Origin: Monocercomonoides exilis PA203
Lineage: Eukaryota; Protista; Preaxostyla
NCBI GenBank assembly: GCA_001643675.2
Contig: LSRY02000018.1
Location: forward strand, 62,001-126,000
Direction of reading: 5' to 3'
Length of the DNA stretch: 64,000 nucleotides
Part shown: positions 22,934-35,700 of the stretch, piece by piece
Numbering within the stretch: the stretch's first letter is position 1
Layout of the letters: each line of letters starts with the position of its first letter
Program-made: the position numbers and the translations under genes
Notes under the pieces: generated by a model
Told to the model about the DNA's origin: nothing
Database searches by the model: none
Seen by the model: the letters and a program-made list of their open reading frames with translations, nothing else

Positions 22934-24967
22934 GCAAACAAGGAGAACGAAGAAAAAGATGAGGACGAAGATGAGGATGATGCAGAGGAAGAAGATGATG
23001 ATGAAGGGGTTGGAGAAGAGAAAGAGATTGAGAAGTTTTTTCCCTGTGAAAACGAGGAAGAAACTCAAGACGAAAATGAAATGCAACATGAGACATCAGA
23101 AAACGAGGAAGAATTTCGAGGGGAAGATGAAATAGACAAAACAAAAGAAGAAGAAGAAGAAGAAGAATTCCAAGAGGGAAAACAAAAGTCAACAAAAAAG
23201 AAGACATTTGTGTTTGGATTTGACAGCCAGTTGGGAGAAAGGATGGCATTTGACGACAGACTGGAAGAGGAAAGAAGATGGAAAGAGGAGAAAGACAGGC
23301 TGGATGAGGCAGACATGAGTGAAGCAACAGACATTTCACAGAAACAACAGAAACAGAGAGATTTCGATGAAAAGACAAGAATTCGTCAACATTCCAACAA
23401 ATTTGAATCCAGAAAGAGGCAAAAAGCACCAGATGACAGAGCCTTTGACAGAAACTCTGTGTTCTTGACCTCGTATTCGCGACTTGCCTCAGCTTCGACT
23501 GGTCTTGCCGTTCCATCGGCATTGGAGAATGGCAGAGGAAAAGAAGGAAAAGAAAGAAAAGAAGGGAGAAGAGCATATTGTCAGTTCAATAGAGATGATA
23601 TCAATCATTTTTCATCATCATCATCATCATCATCATCATCTTCTTCTTCTCTCCAATCTCCCCATCTGCACAAAACACACGCCTCCCCTCACTCTTCGTT
23701 GCATTCAGTTGAAGACCCAGTTTTGTCGATGACGCTGCCTTCGCATTCAGGAAGTGAGCTTCTTCGGATGAAAGAGAAGCAACGACAAACAACTGGCTCT
23801 TCCTCCACTTCCTCTTCTCCCTCTTCTTCTTCTTTTAACAATTCTTCCATTTCGCCTCTCGAAGAAGATGCCTTTTTCAGAGCAGTCAAACATCATTCGC
23901 CTCCAGCTGATCTTTTCTTTCGCTCGCAAAACGAGAAAGAGATCATTTCATCAACATCATCACTTTCTTCTTCTTCTTCTTTGGAACATCCACAGCTTCC
24001 TCGGAGATCAGCCCAATTCATTTCATTGGGTGTTGCACTTGATCCTTCTGCACATCCAAACATGTTTGCATCTTCTCCCATTGCTTCTCTGCTGTCTTCC
24101 TCGACAAAAACACAGCAAAAAGTCAATCTTTTTCCTGAAGACGACATTTCGACTCTTCTTGAAGATGGCCTTCCATCCAGATCGAATTATGTTTGCTCGA
24201 CTGATATTTCTGATGGAGTGAGCACGCCTTCTGCTTCTGCCAAAGATGACAACAATTCATCATCTTCTTCTTCTTCTTCCTCTTCTTCCTCTTCCTCTTC
24301 TTCCTCTGAGAATATGTATCCGTTCATTCAGTACAGCCAAAGCACAGTTGAGCAGAGTGTTGCACAGGCACAGCAGACAGATGTGTCGGAAGACGGATGG
24401 ATGCCTCTGAGCGAAAGTGCTGTGATTGGGATGGAGAAAGAGAGAATGAATGGTATTTCACATGCAACTGATGAAAAGGAAGAAGAAGAAGGTGATGATG
24501 ATGATATTGTGTATGAGCATGCACTTGGCAGCTCTGTGGAGTTTTGTGGTTCTTCATCGCTGGCAGCACCAGGAGCCTATTTTGGCTCGCCTCTGAAAAC
24601 ACAATCGGGTTCAGGGAAGAGTTCAGCGATGAGGAAGCACACAGGATGGAATGGGAAAGGAGTGGCGGGTGGAGACTGGGAAAGGGCAGAGACAAAAGGG
24701 GAGAAAGATTTTTTGCTGATTTCAGGAAAGGCGAAGTTCAAGAACTCGACGAGGATTGGGAGGGAAAGAGAGAAAGAGCAAATGAATTTGAGCAGCCGAA
24801 AGAGGAACACGAAAACCAAAAGCAAAGAAAGAAGCACCAACAAAAAGACAAGATCTCCTTCACAGACAAAACAGGTAATTGTTTTGTTTATTTCTTTCTC
24901 TCTCTCTTTCTCTCTCTCTTTCAATTTTCTTTTTCTTTTACATTTTTTTTTGAACATTTGCTTTTGA
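22934..24967 (+). CDS. Ser/Glu-rich hypothetical protein exon, possibly a gene fragment; paralogous to 49.2-50.2 kb
   Basis: Frame opens after TAG near 22933 and contains the 628-aa ORF. Probable GTAATT donor near 24875. No recognisable domain. Confidence 0.45.
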   Translation, partial: ANKENEEKDEDEDEDDAEEEDDDEGVGEEKEIEKFFPCENEEETQDENEMQHETSENEEEFRGEDEIDKTKEEEEEEEFQEGKQKSTKKKTFVFGFDSQLGERMAFDDRLEEERRWKEEKDRLDEADMSEATDISQKQQKQRDFDEKTRIRQHSNKFESRKRQKAPDDRAFDRNSVFLTSYSRLASASTGLAVPSALENGRGKEGKERKEGRRAYCQFNRDDINHFSSSSSSSSSSSSSLQSPHLHKTHASPHSSLHSVEDPVLSMTLPSHSGSELLRMKEKQRQTTGSSSTSSSPSSSSFNNSSISPLEEDAFFRAVKHHSPPADLFFRSQNEKEIISSTSSLSSSSSLEHPQLPRRSAQFISLGVALDPSAHPNMFASSPIASLLSSSTKTQQKVNLFPEDDISTLLEDGLPSRSNYVCSTDISDGVSTPSASAKDDNNSSSSSSSSSSSSSSSSSENMYPFIQYSQSTVEQSVAQAQQTDVSEDGWMPLSESAVIGMEKERMNGISHATDEKEEEEGDDDDIVYEHALGSSVEFCGSSSLAAPGAYFGSPLKTQSGSGKSSAMRKHTGWNGKGVAGGDWERAETKGEKDFLLISGKAKFKNSTRIGREREKEQMNLSSRKRNTKTKSKERSTNKKTRSPSQTKQVIVLFISFSLSFSLSFNFLFLLHFFLNICF

Positions 24968-26637
24968 ATGGCAATTTTTGGATGTGTTGAAATGTGTATT
25001 TGTTTATATATTTCCATTCATTTTTTGTGTCATTTTCATTTTCCATGTTGTGCTTATTCTTTTGTGTGTTTTGTGCTCATTTGAAAGCAGAAGCAGTCTG
25101 TCTTGTCGGGTGCCTCTTTGGCGAGTGAAAAAGAGAAGCAAGAGCGCAAAATGGCGATTCTGCAGAAGATCTTGCAGCGAGCTTCTGAAGAGCAGGAAGA
25201 CAACGAGAGATAGCCATTCAGCTTGGACTGTTCACAATTGGGTGTTCATGAAAGGGTTTTTGAAGTGATTGATTTGTCTGTCTGTTTGCTTTGTTTTTCA
25301 GTTGCCAAGCGATTTCCAACATTGTTTGATGAAAGAATTGGATTCAACAAAACAACTGCCACACTCAAGCAAAGTCAGTTCATTTCTTTGATTTATTTTC
25401 TTCTTTCTTCTTTTTTCTTTTTCTTTTTCTTTTTCTTTTTTTACCAAAGCTGTCACTTCAATTGACTCTTTTCTCTCAAAATTCAGTTCGTTTTCAGTCG
25501 CATCTTCTTATTCTCTTTGAACAAGTCTTGTGGTGAGAAATATCCAAGTCAATTGTTTTATTGGGATGCAGATGGGACGTTCTGAATGAAAGTCTTTTGA
25601 TGTTAATATGTCATCAAAGAATCGATTTTCCATTTCATTTTCAAAGATCATTTTTGAAATGAGAAAAATCAATGATCTCAGTGAAATCAATGAAGTCAAA
25701 GCAACAAGCATTGCATCCATCACTTCCGCTGGGCAAGAACAAATCCTTTCTCTCAACTTCATTTTTTCTTTTGTAAACATCCAAATGTCCGGAAATAATA
25801 ATTGAAATCATCTTTGAACTTGAGAACATTCACAAAACCCATTCAGTTGATTTTCTTTTCTTTTTCCTTTTCAATCACTTTTTTTGTTTGTAACATTTCA
25901 AATAAGTTTTAATGAAATACATTGCAATTCCAGTGACTTGATTGTTTTCTGTACTTCAAAACTTTTTCATTATCTTCAAACAGGTGCTTCCACTCCAATA
26001 TTCACAATTTTTATTTATCTTTTTGAAAAAAAGAAAACAATTGTTCATTTTTTGTTTGATAATTATTATCCTTTTCTCATTTTTGTAGAATGTTCACAAA
26101 CACCTTTTGATAAAGTAATGACATTTTATTCCATATCTATTGAGAAAGGCAAACTCATCAACGAAGTCAAATGTCATGACCTTTGCGAAGAATCTGTTGA
26201 GCTTTCTTGTCATTATTTGAATTTCAAACTAATGATTCAATAGAAGTTCAAACGAAACAATCTTTTCATTCAATAACAATGAATTATTTTTCGTGAAATT
26301 TTATGAATTATCTAGATAAGAATATTGATTGAAAAATATTTAATTGAAAAATTCGAACTGAAAGTTTTCTTCTCAAAAAAGAAAATATGGTTAATAACTG
26401 AACTCCCATAACAAAAAAAGTTTGTTCTCGATTCAAAATCAGTCATTTTTTTCAATATGGCAACAACGTGTGACTATTTGTTATTTCTTTCTTTTTTCTT
26501 ATTTATTATTTTTATTTGGTGAAATATTTCGTTCATTGAACTTTGGGAAATGTTCTCATCACCAAAAAAATGTGTTTCCTTTTCGAAGACAATCACCATG
26601 TCCTTCACCTTCTCCCCCAGCTCAGCATGTTGTTTTG

Positions 26638-27874
26638 ATGGGAGGGGACAAGGAAATTGAGGAAACTTCACATGAATTTTGCAACACATTTGAGGAAATG
26701 CATTTGAAGGATGAATTGCGTCGTGGAATTTATTCATATGGATTTGAGACTCCATCACTTATTCAGCAAAAAGGAATCCTTCCAATTATTCGAGGGCGTG
26801 ATCTTCTTGCTCAAGCCCAGTCTGGAACAGGAAAAACTGCAGTTTACTCAATTGCTTGCTTGCAGAAAGTTGATCCTTCTTGCCCCTTCACACAAGCTTT
26901 GATTCTTGCTCCGTTTCGTGAACTTGCTTGGCAGACACACAACGTTTGTTTTTTTCAAATGAATTCTTTTATGATATTAAAACATGTTTTTAAAGGTCAT
27001 TTCAAAAATGGCAAAATTCATGAAAGGACTCAACATTTTGAGAGTTGTTGAAGGAGGAGCCATCAGTGTAATAGCAAGGAAAGTTGCTGAAGCTCCTCAA
27101 CACATTATTGTTGGGACGCCTTGGAGAGTGGCACATATGATTTATTCTGAAATCATTGATGTTTCTCATCTGAGAATCTTTGTGCTTGACGAAGCAGATT
27201 TATTGCTTTCTCAAAAGTTTAAGGATAAGATTTTTGATATCAACTCAAATCTGCCAAAGAATGCGCAAACAGTTCTTTTGAGTACAACAATGCCACAAGA
27301 GATTATTGAGGTCGCTCACCAGATTCTGAACGATCCAGTTCAAATTTTGGTTCCTCGCGATGAACTCACACTTGACGGGCTGCGCCAATTCTATGTGGCT
27401 GTTGAAAAAGAAGAATTCAAAGAGGAAGCACTGTTCGACCTTTACGATTCGATACAGGTTGCACAATGTGTCATCTTCTGCAATTCAAAGTGCAAAGTGG
27501 ACTATATCACTGAAGATCTTCGAAGCAGAAAGTTCACAGTCAGTTCGATTCATGATGGGATGAATTATATCGATAGAGATCGCATTATGCAAGATTTCAG
27601 AGATGGGAAGAACAGAGTGCTTGTAACTACCGATTTGTTGTCACGTGGCATTGATATTCAGCAGATTTCGCTTGTTGTGAACTATGACTTGCCAATGGAG
27701 AAAGAGTCATATATTCGAAGAGTTGAAAGATCAGTTCGTTTTGGAAAAAAAGGAATAGCCATCAATCTTGTCACAGAAGAAGATGGACAGATGCTGAAAG
27801 ACATTCAAGAATTCTATGGAACAAAAATTGAAGAAATGCCAGCAAATATGAAAGAACTGCTGCAGCTGAAATAA
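26638..27874 (+). CDS. eIF4A-like DEAD-box helicase with degenerate motifs
   Basis: Q-motif [56 protein letters not shown] 52-nt GTTTGT..AAG intron (26944-26995) joins the two ORFs in frame. Start codon uncertain. Confidence 0.88.
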
Positions 27875-28808
27875 AAGAGAAAATAGTGAGAGAAAGAAGG
27901 AAAGTGCAATCTGAACTTTCTGAAAGAAAAAAAAAACGAGAAAAGAAAAAAATGAAGAAATGATGAAGATGAGAATGAATAAAAGACAAAAAAGCAAATG
28001 AGTATTGATTAAAGAAAGAAAAATAAAATGAAGAAGATAAAAAGAACTGTTGAAGAAATTGTTTTGGCTTCTTGGTACATGTTGTTGGAAATTGGATGAA
28101 TTTTTCATTCAAATTGATCAAAATGGAAATAATCATCTGAAAAGAAATAGAAAGTGATTTGAACCTATGAGAGCCCTTTCTTTTCCTTCTCTTCTTCATC
28201 TTTCTTCAACACAACTTTCAAAAGACAAGAATCGCAAACTGGAAATGTGTTTGAAGAAGATATTTATCTTAAAAATTGAAAGGAATTTCTCACAAATCCC
28301 TATCAACCGCTTTTCATTCTCTTCCTAGGTTTTGAAACAACTTCTTCATCTGTTGCCATCATTTCAATTCTTGATGTCAATAAAGAAGATGAATGACAAA
28401 AGACAAAAAGATTATTCAACATATTGCATTATCAAATGTTTTTCAACAGTTGTTTCTCATATTCAAGAGTGTGTATCACGCCTCACCTGTTTTTATCTTT
28501 TTCATTTCAGAATATCCAGATTTATTGGTTTTATATTTAATGGCAGTACAATGTTTCTTCTTTGAAAATACAAATGTTTCAAAAACATAAAATGCTTTCT
28601 TGTTCTTTTTTCAAATCAATGAGCCATTTCAAAAGATGAGCATCCTATTTGACATTTTCCTTATTTCATTCATAAATGTGAATTCTCTTCAAACAGAGGT
28701 GGAAAGTGATGGAATTCCAAATGAAAAGAAATAAAAAACATGAAAGCAACCAACAGAGAAAAATTCAATGAAAAAGGAAAAAAAAAAACCGAACTATTCC
28801 TAAAGGTT

Positions 28809-28840
<32 letters not shown>

Positions 28841-28903
28841 ACTCTTTTCTGCTGTTCCCATCGTTCAACGCAGTTTCAGCAAATGTGCTCATCCGATGCA
28901 ACT

Positions 28904-29581
28904 CTACATGAACCTCTTGATCATTTTCAGCTTCGCCTCTGTGTATGGCGGGTATCTTGCCCCAACATCCAGCGACACCGACTTGTCCAGCAGCGCCTTC
29001 ATGTGCGAAAACGTGTCGAACGAGAACTTCCCGTGGTACATCCCCATCCCGCTCTCCCCGACGCCTCCAAACGGAAGGCTCGGGATCTGCAGCTGCAGCA
29101 CACACTCGTTGATCGCCATCGACCCCGACGAGATGTGCGACGCAACAAAGCTCTTTGTCTCGCTGTTGCTCGTAAACAGATAGCACGACAGCGGCTTGTC
29201 TCTGCCCAGCACAAAGTCCACACACCGGCTGGCAAACCTGGCCGACGGAAGCGGAACGATCGGAAGAATCGGTCCGAATATCTCCTCCTTCATGAAGCGC
29301 GACGTGGTGTTCGGTGCACACAGAATCAGCGTCGGCTCAATAAACAGATCGTCCGCATCTGAGCGCCCTCCAAACAGGATGCGGTGCCCGCCGTTTTGAG
29401 TCGGCCTCAGATTGGCTGGGAGCGAGGTGTATGTCACAAGGCCAGTCGGAGAAGAGGAAGATGCTGAGGAAGAGGATAAGGTTGTGGATGAAATTGGAGA
29501 AGAGGAAGATGATAAAGATGTGCATGGAGATGAAGGTGGTGAAGAATGATTGTCTTCGCCAAAAGGAGGGATAGGAGATTT
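28904..29581 (-). pseudogene. Aldehyde dehydrogenase (ALDH3-like) C-terminal exon only
   Basis: FIEPTLI, MKEEIFGPILPI, KPLSCYLF, SLPFGGVGESGMGMYHGKFSFDTFSH, RYPPY. CAG acceptor at about 29582. No N-terminal ALDH exons seen upstream. Confidence 0.75.
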
Positions 29582-29803
29582 CTGGGAAGACGAAGTGTGA
29601 AATGAAGAATGAGAAAGAGAAACAAAGAAATAAAAAAACATTCAGAGAAGCATTCAAACGAAAAACAATGTGTGAATTTTAAGAAAGAGTAGGCAATTGT
29701 TAAGAATTTAATGATTGAAAGCAAAAATGAATTTGAAATCATTTCATAATTCTGGAATCCTTATCCAATTTATAAGAGCATCACTTTATTTCATGTTTGC
29801 GCA

Positions 29804-32359
29804 TCAACAACGCTTTTTATATTTGCAAATGTGATGGATAGTGGATTCTCCATCAAACGTCCACAAATACTGTCTTCTATTTGGAGTCTTCATTAGCATT
29901 CTTTCCCATCGATATCGTATCATCAATTTTAACGCTTCTCTTTTCTTCTTTTTTATTCCGCTTTTATTTGCTTCACTTTTCCAGAGTTCTGAATCTGATA
30001 CCAATTTTATAACAACAACATCACCCACAGCAATCTCACTTCTCTCTTTGAAGTTCCAAAACTTCTCTTTTTCACACAAGCAATGTTCATTCCTTCTTTG
30101 ATGACATACATTATTTGCTTCTCTTTCAGAATCACAACTTTCATCTTGCTTTAAATAAACGACTTTATCAATATCATCAAACAGACTCTTCCCCTCCTTC
30201 AGGGGGTGCACGCTTCTTTTCCCTTTCATGAAACAACCACTCCTCTTTTCCAGAAAGCATCCACTTCCGACAAATCTAATTTTCTGCTCAAGTGGAATTC
30301 CATCCATAACTTTATACTCCTCAAAAATTGAACTACAACCCAGCTCTTTTCCCATTAATTCCAATTGCTCTTTATTGTTGCTTTCCTCACTGTCTTTTGG
30401 CAATCCAACTCCTAAATTCCACTCCATAGAAAATTCTATAACTTCGCCTTCAATTCCCTTCTGCTTCTCTTCCTTGTCCATCTCACTCAAAAACGCTTTC
30501 ATCTCTTCAACATCTCGAAAATGCTTCCCAACTTTCCTCTCAAAATTCATCTTTCGGCTCATGTACTCCTTCTCCATGTCGCTCTTCTCGGCTTGAATCT
30601 GCCATTTCTCCATCATCATCTCCTTCCTCTTCATCTCCTTCATTATGGCTTCAATATCTTCAAAATTTTTCTCTTTCCACTTCCCTGCATTATCATCATT
30701 CAAAGGAACACATCTATCTTCAAGTATTTTTTCTCCTCCTTCTTTGCCATATTCTTCGCTCTTTGCATCTCCATTTTCCTCTTTTTCGGTACACTTTCCC
30801 TCAAATAACATTATCCTCTCTCTCGCTTCTTGTAATTTGTTTTTAAGTTCTTCTTCAGTGTGTGCTTTTCTGTTTTCTGTTTCATCTTTCATTTCTGCTT
30901 TCTCTCTCTTTCTTCTCACTTTCGCTTCAGCCTCATCCCACATTTTTTCTTCCTCTTCATCCACAATCCACCTTTTCCGCACCCACTCTCCAAACACCTT
31001 TTCATGCTGCTTCGCTTCTTTTATTTCTTCTTTGATTGCATTCCGCCTCTTCCTCTTTTCCCTTTCTCGTTCTTCTTTGTTCATGCCAATGTTTCCGCTC
31101 GGCGCTCCAGCGGGAGCTTTATTCTCTCCTTCTTTCTCTGTTTCGCCCCTATTTGCTTCCATGGCACACGATAATTGCATATATTTCCCTCCTTTCTTTA
31201 TCTGAAGCTCAAAATCTCGCTCCCTCCAGTGATAAATCATCTGCTCCTTTCTGTATTCATTTGCTGATGTGACAATATCCCCGTCCACAGCAAGCTTTCC
31301 ATCAAATGTGACGCACTGCCGAACAAGCATCGGAGGGCGCCAGTGGGTAATTGAAGATTCAGTGTGCTTGTCCAGTTCATTACCAGTTTCATTCATTGAT
31401 TCGTGGTCAAGCAAATAATTCCTTTTCGTGTGATTCTCATTTCCTTGCTTCATGTTTTTTTCAAACTCATGAAACTCTGTTTTCTTTTGCATATCATAGC
31501 TTCTTCCAACTTTTGAATATTTCTCTTTTTCCCATTCTCCTCTGCCTTCAGTCAAATTCTCAACTCTTTTTCTATTCAACGATTTCGTCTCCTGTTTCGT
31601 CCTCAAATCATCATCTTTTTCACATTTTCTCTCTTTGCATTCTTTAGCTCTCTGTTTTAGGAGCTCTGCGCTTTCCAAAAGCATCTCGCTGCGAACACAA
31701 AAAATTAAAGGAAAAATCTCGTTTTCCATTTTCCCCATTCTTTTCTGAATCTCATTTTCGAAAATGTTTCCCTTTTCAGTGTCGGTATTTGGAGTCGTTT
31801 TTATTCTTAGGATGTCTTTGCTCTCTTGTTGAAAGGGATTCTTAAATTCAAGAAAGTCCTTAATCTGTTCGGTTACTAATTCTTCATTCTTGATTTCTTG
31901 ATCCTGTGCTAATATCAAATTTTCCAAATCAACTTGATGTGCACTCGCGTCAATAGATTCAAGATATATTCCATCTGGAGCTCTATCCGCGGATAAGTGT
32001 GTCGAATAGTTGCAAGCTGAAGGAGAAAAACAAAAAGGAAATGAAGAAGCAATTCCTGATGGAACTTGAATATATTTTCTTGTTTCAACTGTTCGTCCAA
32101 CAGGACGCCCATCAATTGTGCTTAACTTTTCGTCTGCTGCTCTTGAAGAAAGGTCTACGCCAAAAGTCGAATTCTGTTCATTTACGGAAAATCTTGCTTC
32201 TGCTCTGCAAGCAATTTCCTTTCCTCTTTTATTTCCGATTTCTGTATTAAATGCAGTGTATCTTGGATTATGATTGAAGTCTGTCTCCGAAGAAAAGTGA
32301 GATTCTTGAGGCTGAAGCAGGGATGAACAAAGAACGCCATAAAAACTGAAAATCAGAAA
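29804..32359 (-). CDS. Glu/Lys-rich hypothetical protein
   Basis: 707-aa ORF whose frame stays open upstream to about 32359. Possible short first exon from ATG 32430. No recognised domain. Confidence 0.6.
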   Translation of the reverse strand, partial: FLIFSFYGVLCSSLLQPQESHFSSETDFNHNPRYTAFNTEIGNKRGKEIACRAEARFSVNEQNSTFGVDLSSRAADEKLSTIDGRPVGRTVETRKYIQVPSGIASSFPFCFSPSACNYSTHLSADRAPDGIYLESIDASAHQVDLENLILAQDQEIKNEELVTEQIKDFLEFKNPFQQESKDILRIKTTPNTDTEKGNIFENEIQKRMGKMENEIFPLIFCVRSEMLLESAELLKQRAKECKERKCEKDDDLRTKQETKSLNRKRVENLTEGRGEWEKEKYSKVGRSYDMQKKTEFHEFEKNMKQGNENHTKRNYLLDHESMNETGNELDKHTESSITHWRPPMLVRQCVTFDGKLAVDGDIVTSANEYRKEQMIYHWRERDFELQIKKGGKYMQLSCAMEANRGETEKEGENKAPAGAPSGNIGMNKEEREREKRKRRNAIKEEIKEAKQHEKVFGEWVRKRWIVDEEEEKMWDEAEAKVRRKREKAEMKDETENRKAHTEEELKNKLQEARERIMLFEGKCTEKEENGDAKSEEYGKEGGEKILEDRCVPLNDDNAGKWKEKNFEDIEAIMKEMKRKEMMMEKWQIQAEKSDMEKEYMSRKMNFERKVGKHFRDVEEMKAFLSEMDKEEKQKGIEGEVIEFSMEWNLGVGLPKDSEESNNKEQLELMGKELGCSSIFEEYKVMDGIPLEQKIRFVGSGCFLEKRSGCFMKGKRSVHPLKEGKSLFDDIDKVVYLKQDESCDSEREANNVCHQRRNEHCLCEKEKFWNFKERSEIAVGDVVVIKLVSDSELWKSEANKSGIKKKKREALKLMIRYRWERMLMKTPNRRQYLWTFDGESTIHHICKYKKRC

Positions 32360-32712
32360 CTAAAAAACAAAGAAGAACAAACCACAAAGTTTTCCACACT
32401 TCTTTCTGTAGGCAAAATCAAATAACTCATCTAGCCTCTGTCAAACTGAAGCATAATAAGCAAACAATTGAGAAGCTCTCCCTTAATTCTTTTAAAAATG
32501 CTAAGAAAAAAAATTTATCCAGTTTCTCAATAAGTTCTCTGCACATGTAATAATCGCATATTAACAAACAAGTTTGATAACAAAAATTTTGGTATTGACA
32601 ACCGTTTATCTAAAACAATAGTTCAATAAAAAGAATGTGTTAAAAAATTATAAAAAAATTATTTTCACAAAAAAAAATTATCATAAAACTTAATCTCAAA
32701 TGGATAAAATAT

Positions 32713-35700
32713 TCAGAAGAAGCTTGTGAAGTCAAATGTTGAGCTCGCTGCTGGATTGGCTGGTGGAGCTTGTTGGTGTGCGGCAGAAGAAGAAGTCTGA
32801 GTTTGTTCTTTTGTTGTATCATTTTGGTTGTTTTGGAAAAATGCAGAGGAAAAAGAAGGAGAAGATGAAGGAGGGGAAGAAGGGGATGAAGAAGGAGATG
32901 AAGAAGAAGGCTGATCAGAAGGGGTGGAAGAGAAGGAGAAAGAAGAAGGAGAAGTGGAAGAAGAAGAAGATGATGATGATGGAGAAGAAGATGGGGGAGG
33001 TGAAGAATGAGGTGTTGAAGAAGAAGGCAATGAAGAAGAAGAAGAAGAATTAGGGGAGTTGAAGAACATATCGAAGGAAGTAGCAGACGAAGAAGAAGGT
33101 GACATTTGAGAGGAATGCTGAGGCTGCTGAGAGGGAAATGAAGAAGAAGAGGAAGAAGAGGAGGAAGAAGAAGAGGAAGAAGGTGATTGCGTTGAAGATG
33201 GTGATTGTGAAGAAGAAGGAAACGAAAAGGAACTTTCAAATGAATTAGTTGATGAAGAAGATGAGGATGAGGGAGAAGAGGAAGAATCAAAAGAAAAAGA
33301 AAAAGAGGAAGAAGACGATGATGAAGCAGAAGAGGAAGCAGAAGCAGAAGAAGAAGATGATGATGATGAATTATTTGAAGGAGTGAATGCAAAAGAGGCT
33401 GAGTTATGAGAGACGAAGCTAACAGCATCATCTGCCTGGTTCTGCTCGATGTTTGTTTCAGAAGGCGGATGAGAAGAAAAAGAAGAAGAAGAAGAGAAAG
33501 GAGAAGGAGAGGTGGAGGGGACTGCAGAGAAGGAAGGAGAAGGAGAGAAGCCTTGGTCGGAATGGAAAGAGGAAGAGGAAGAGGAAGAGGAAGAGGAAGA
33601 AGAGGAGGAAGAAGAAGAAGGAAAAGAAGATGAAGATTGAGAAAATGAAGATCGAGGAGTTATTGTGCTATTGGCAAGGGGAGTTTGGAAGCTGTTTGGA
33701 GAAATAGAAGAAGCAGAAGCAGAAGCAGAAGAAGATGATGATGGAGAGAAAGAGAAAGAGGGAGAAGGAGAAGAAGAAGAAGAAGAAAGAGAAGCAGCAG
33801 CAGAAGAAGAATTCGGCTCAGCCTGTTCTGATTGCGGGGTGGCATTGAAAGAGTTTTGGATCGCATTTTTGTTTGGGCTGCTTCTGCCAAAGGATTCTGT
33901 GTCTGGAGATGCATTTTTGGACTTAGCCAAATCAGTGGCAGACGAATCAAAGGAAGAAAACATGTTGTTGTTATCCATTTTGGTGAATCCTATTTCTGAG
34001 AGTGAAGAAGAAGAATAAGAAGAAGAAGAAGAAAACGAAGAAGAAGATGATGCTGATGACATTTCTGTAAATGCCATCGTTGTATTTTCATTTTCATTCA
34101 CATTCACATCCGCATTCAATCCAAAAGATCCTATCATAAACCCTCCTCTTCCTCCTCCTCTTCCTCCTCCTCCTTCCATCTCCTTCGCACCCTCCAGCAC
34201 CCCATTCTCCATCTCTTCCACCTCTTTCTTCCTCTTCCTCTTCTCTTCTTCTTTCTCCACCACCATCCTCTCTGCCTCTTGAATGTCTCCTCTCAAACGA
34301 GAGCTTTCTGCCCTGAGGTGTTCCAGCGATGCTTTGGATGACTCTAAAGAGAGAGAAAGCGCATAAACAGAGCTGGTCAAACGGCTGATCTCGTCACACT
34401 GGATTTGCACCTGGATGAGAGAAAAAGAAAGAAAGAAAGAAAAAATAAATAAATAAATAAATAAGAGAGAGAGAGAGAAAGAAAGAGAGAGAATAAAAAT
34501 GCGCAAATTGAAGATTTTAATAAACATAGAAATAAATAAATAATATATAAAGATAAAAATACAAGAACATTAAACAGAATAAAGCAAATATTCAAAGTGG
34601 GGTGGAAAAAAAAAGATTTCTCAAACCTTTTTCCTCAATTTCGCTTCTTCTCCTTCTCCTCCTATTCCTCCTATTCCTCCTATTCCTCCTTCTCCTTCTT
34701 TTCGTTCTTCACTAAAATTTGAATGAGATTGCTGTAAATTGAAAGATGTCTGTGGCTCTGAAAATATCTGACCAGAAGAAGCAGAATTGCCTCCAGAGAA
34801 TTGATTCATCGTTCCATTCTCATTTTGTGGAGAAGAAGAAAAGGAAGAAGAAGAAAATGAGGAGGAAGTGAGGGAAGAAGAAGAAGAAGAAGAATAAGGC
34901 TGTTGAGAAACAATCGGCTCATTCTTCTCGAAGCTGAATCCAAACTGAGTCGGCTGCTGTTGCTGTTGCATTTGCATTTGCGGTTGTGTCTGCATTTGTG
35001 GTTGTGATTGTTGTTGTTGTTGCTGTTTCATTTGACTGAACATAAATCCAGCTGTCTCTCCTCCACCACCACCTCCTCCTTCTCCTCCTCTCATCTCTGA
35101 CTTTAAGTGCAGTTCTGTCTGTGTCTGGAAGAACTGGCCAGCTCCAATCGGCTCCCCGTTCATCCCCACCCCGCTTCCTGCCATTGGGCTGTGATCTGCC
35201 CCTGGAGCACCAGCGAATGCAAACTGCGGTTGCTGTGAGTGGACGGCACTGAAGTCGGCATTCGTTGTCGCTGCAGGTGCAGTCATGGTGGGAACCGAAG
35301 AGGAGATAGAAGAAGAAGAAGAAGAAGAAGAAGAGGCTTGGGCAGGAGTAGCAGAAGGTGCGAGTGAAGGTGCAGGTGCAGGTGCAGAAGCCAGTGAAGC
35401 CAAATCAGGGAGACTTTCCAGCAAAGCCGGTGGTATTTGCTGAGGAACCTCGATTCCTGTTTTCTTGAGATTCGACAAAAACACAATTGCCACAAATACA
35501 TCCTTGCTAATTGTTCCATGTTGAGGATTTAACAATTGAAGAATTTGGACAGCATCTCCCAACTGTGAACCATTTTTAATAAGAAAGTCTCGAACTTTCT
35601 CTTCCTTCATAAAGGGAAGTCCAATTGACCCTTGATAAAAAACTGATCTCAACTCTTCAATTTCTGATTGTTGAATTGAAAAAGGATCAGATGGCGGCTT

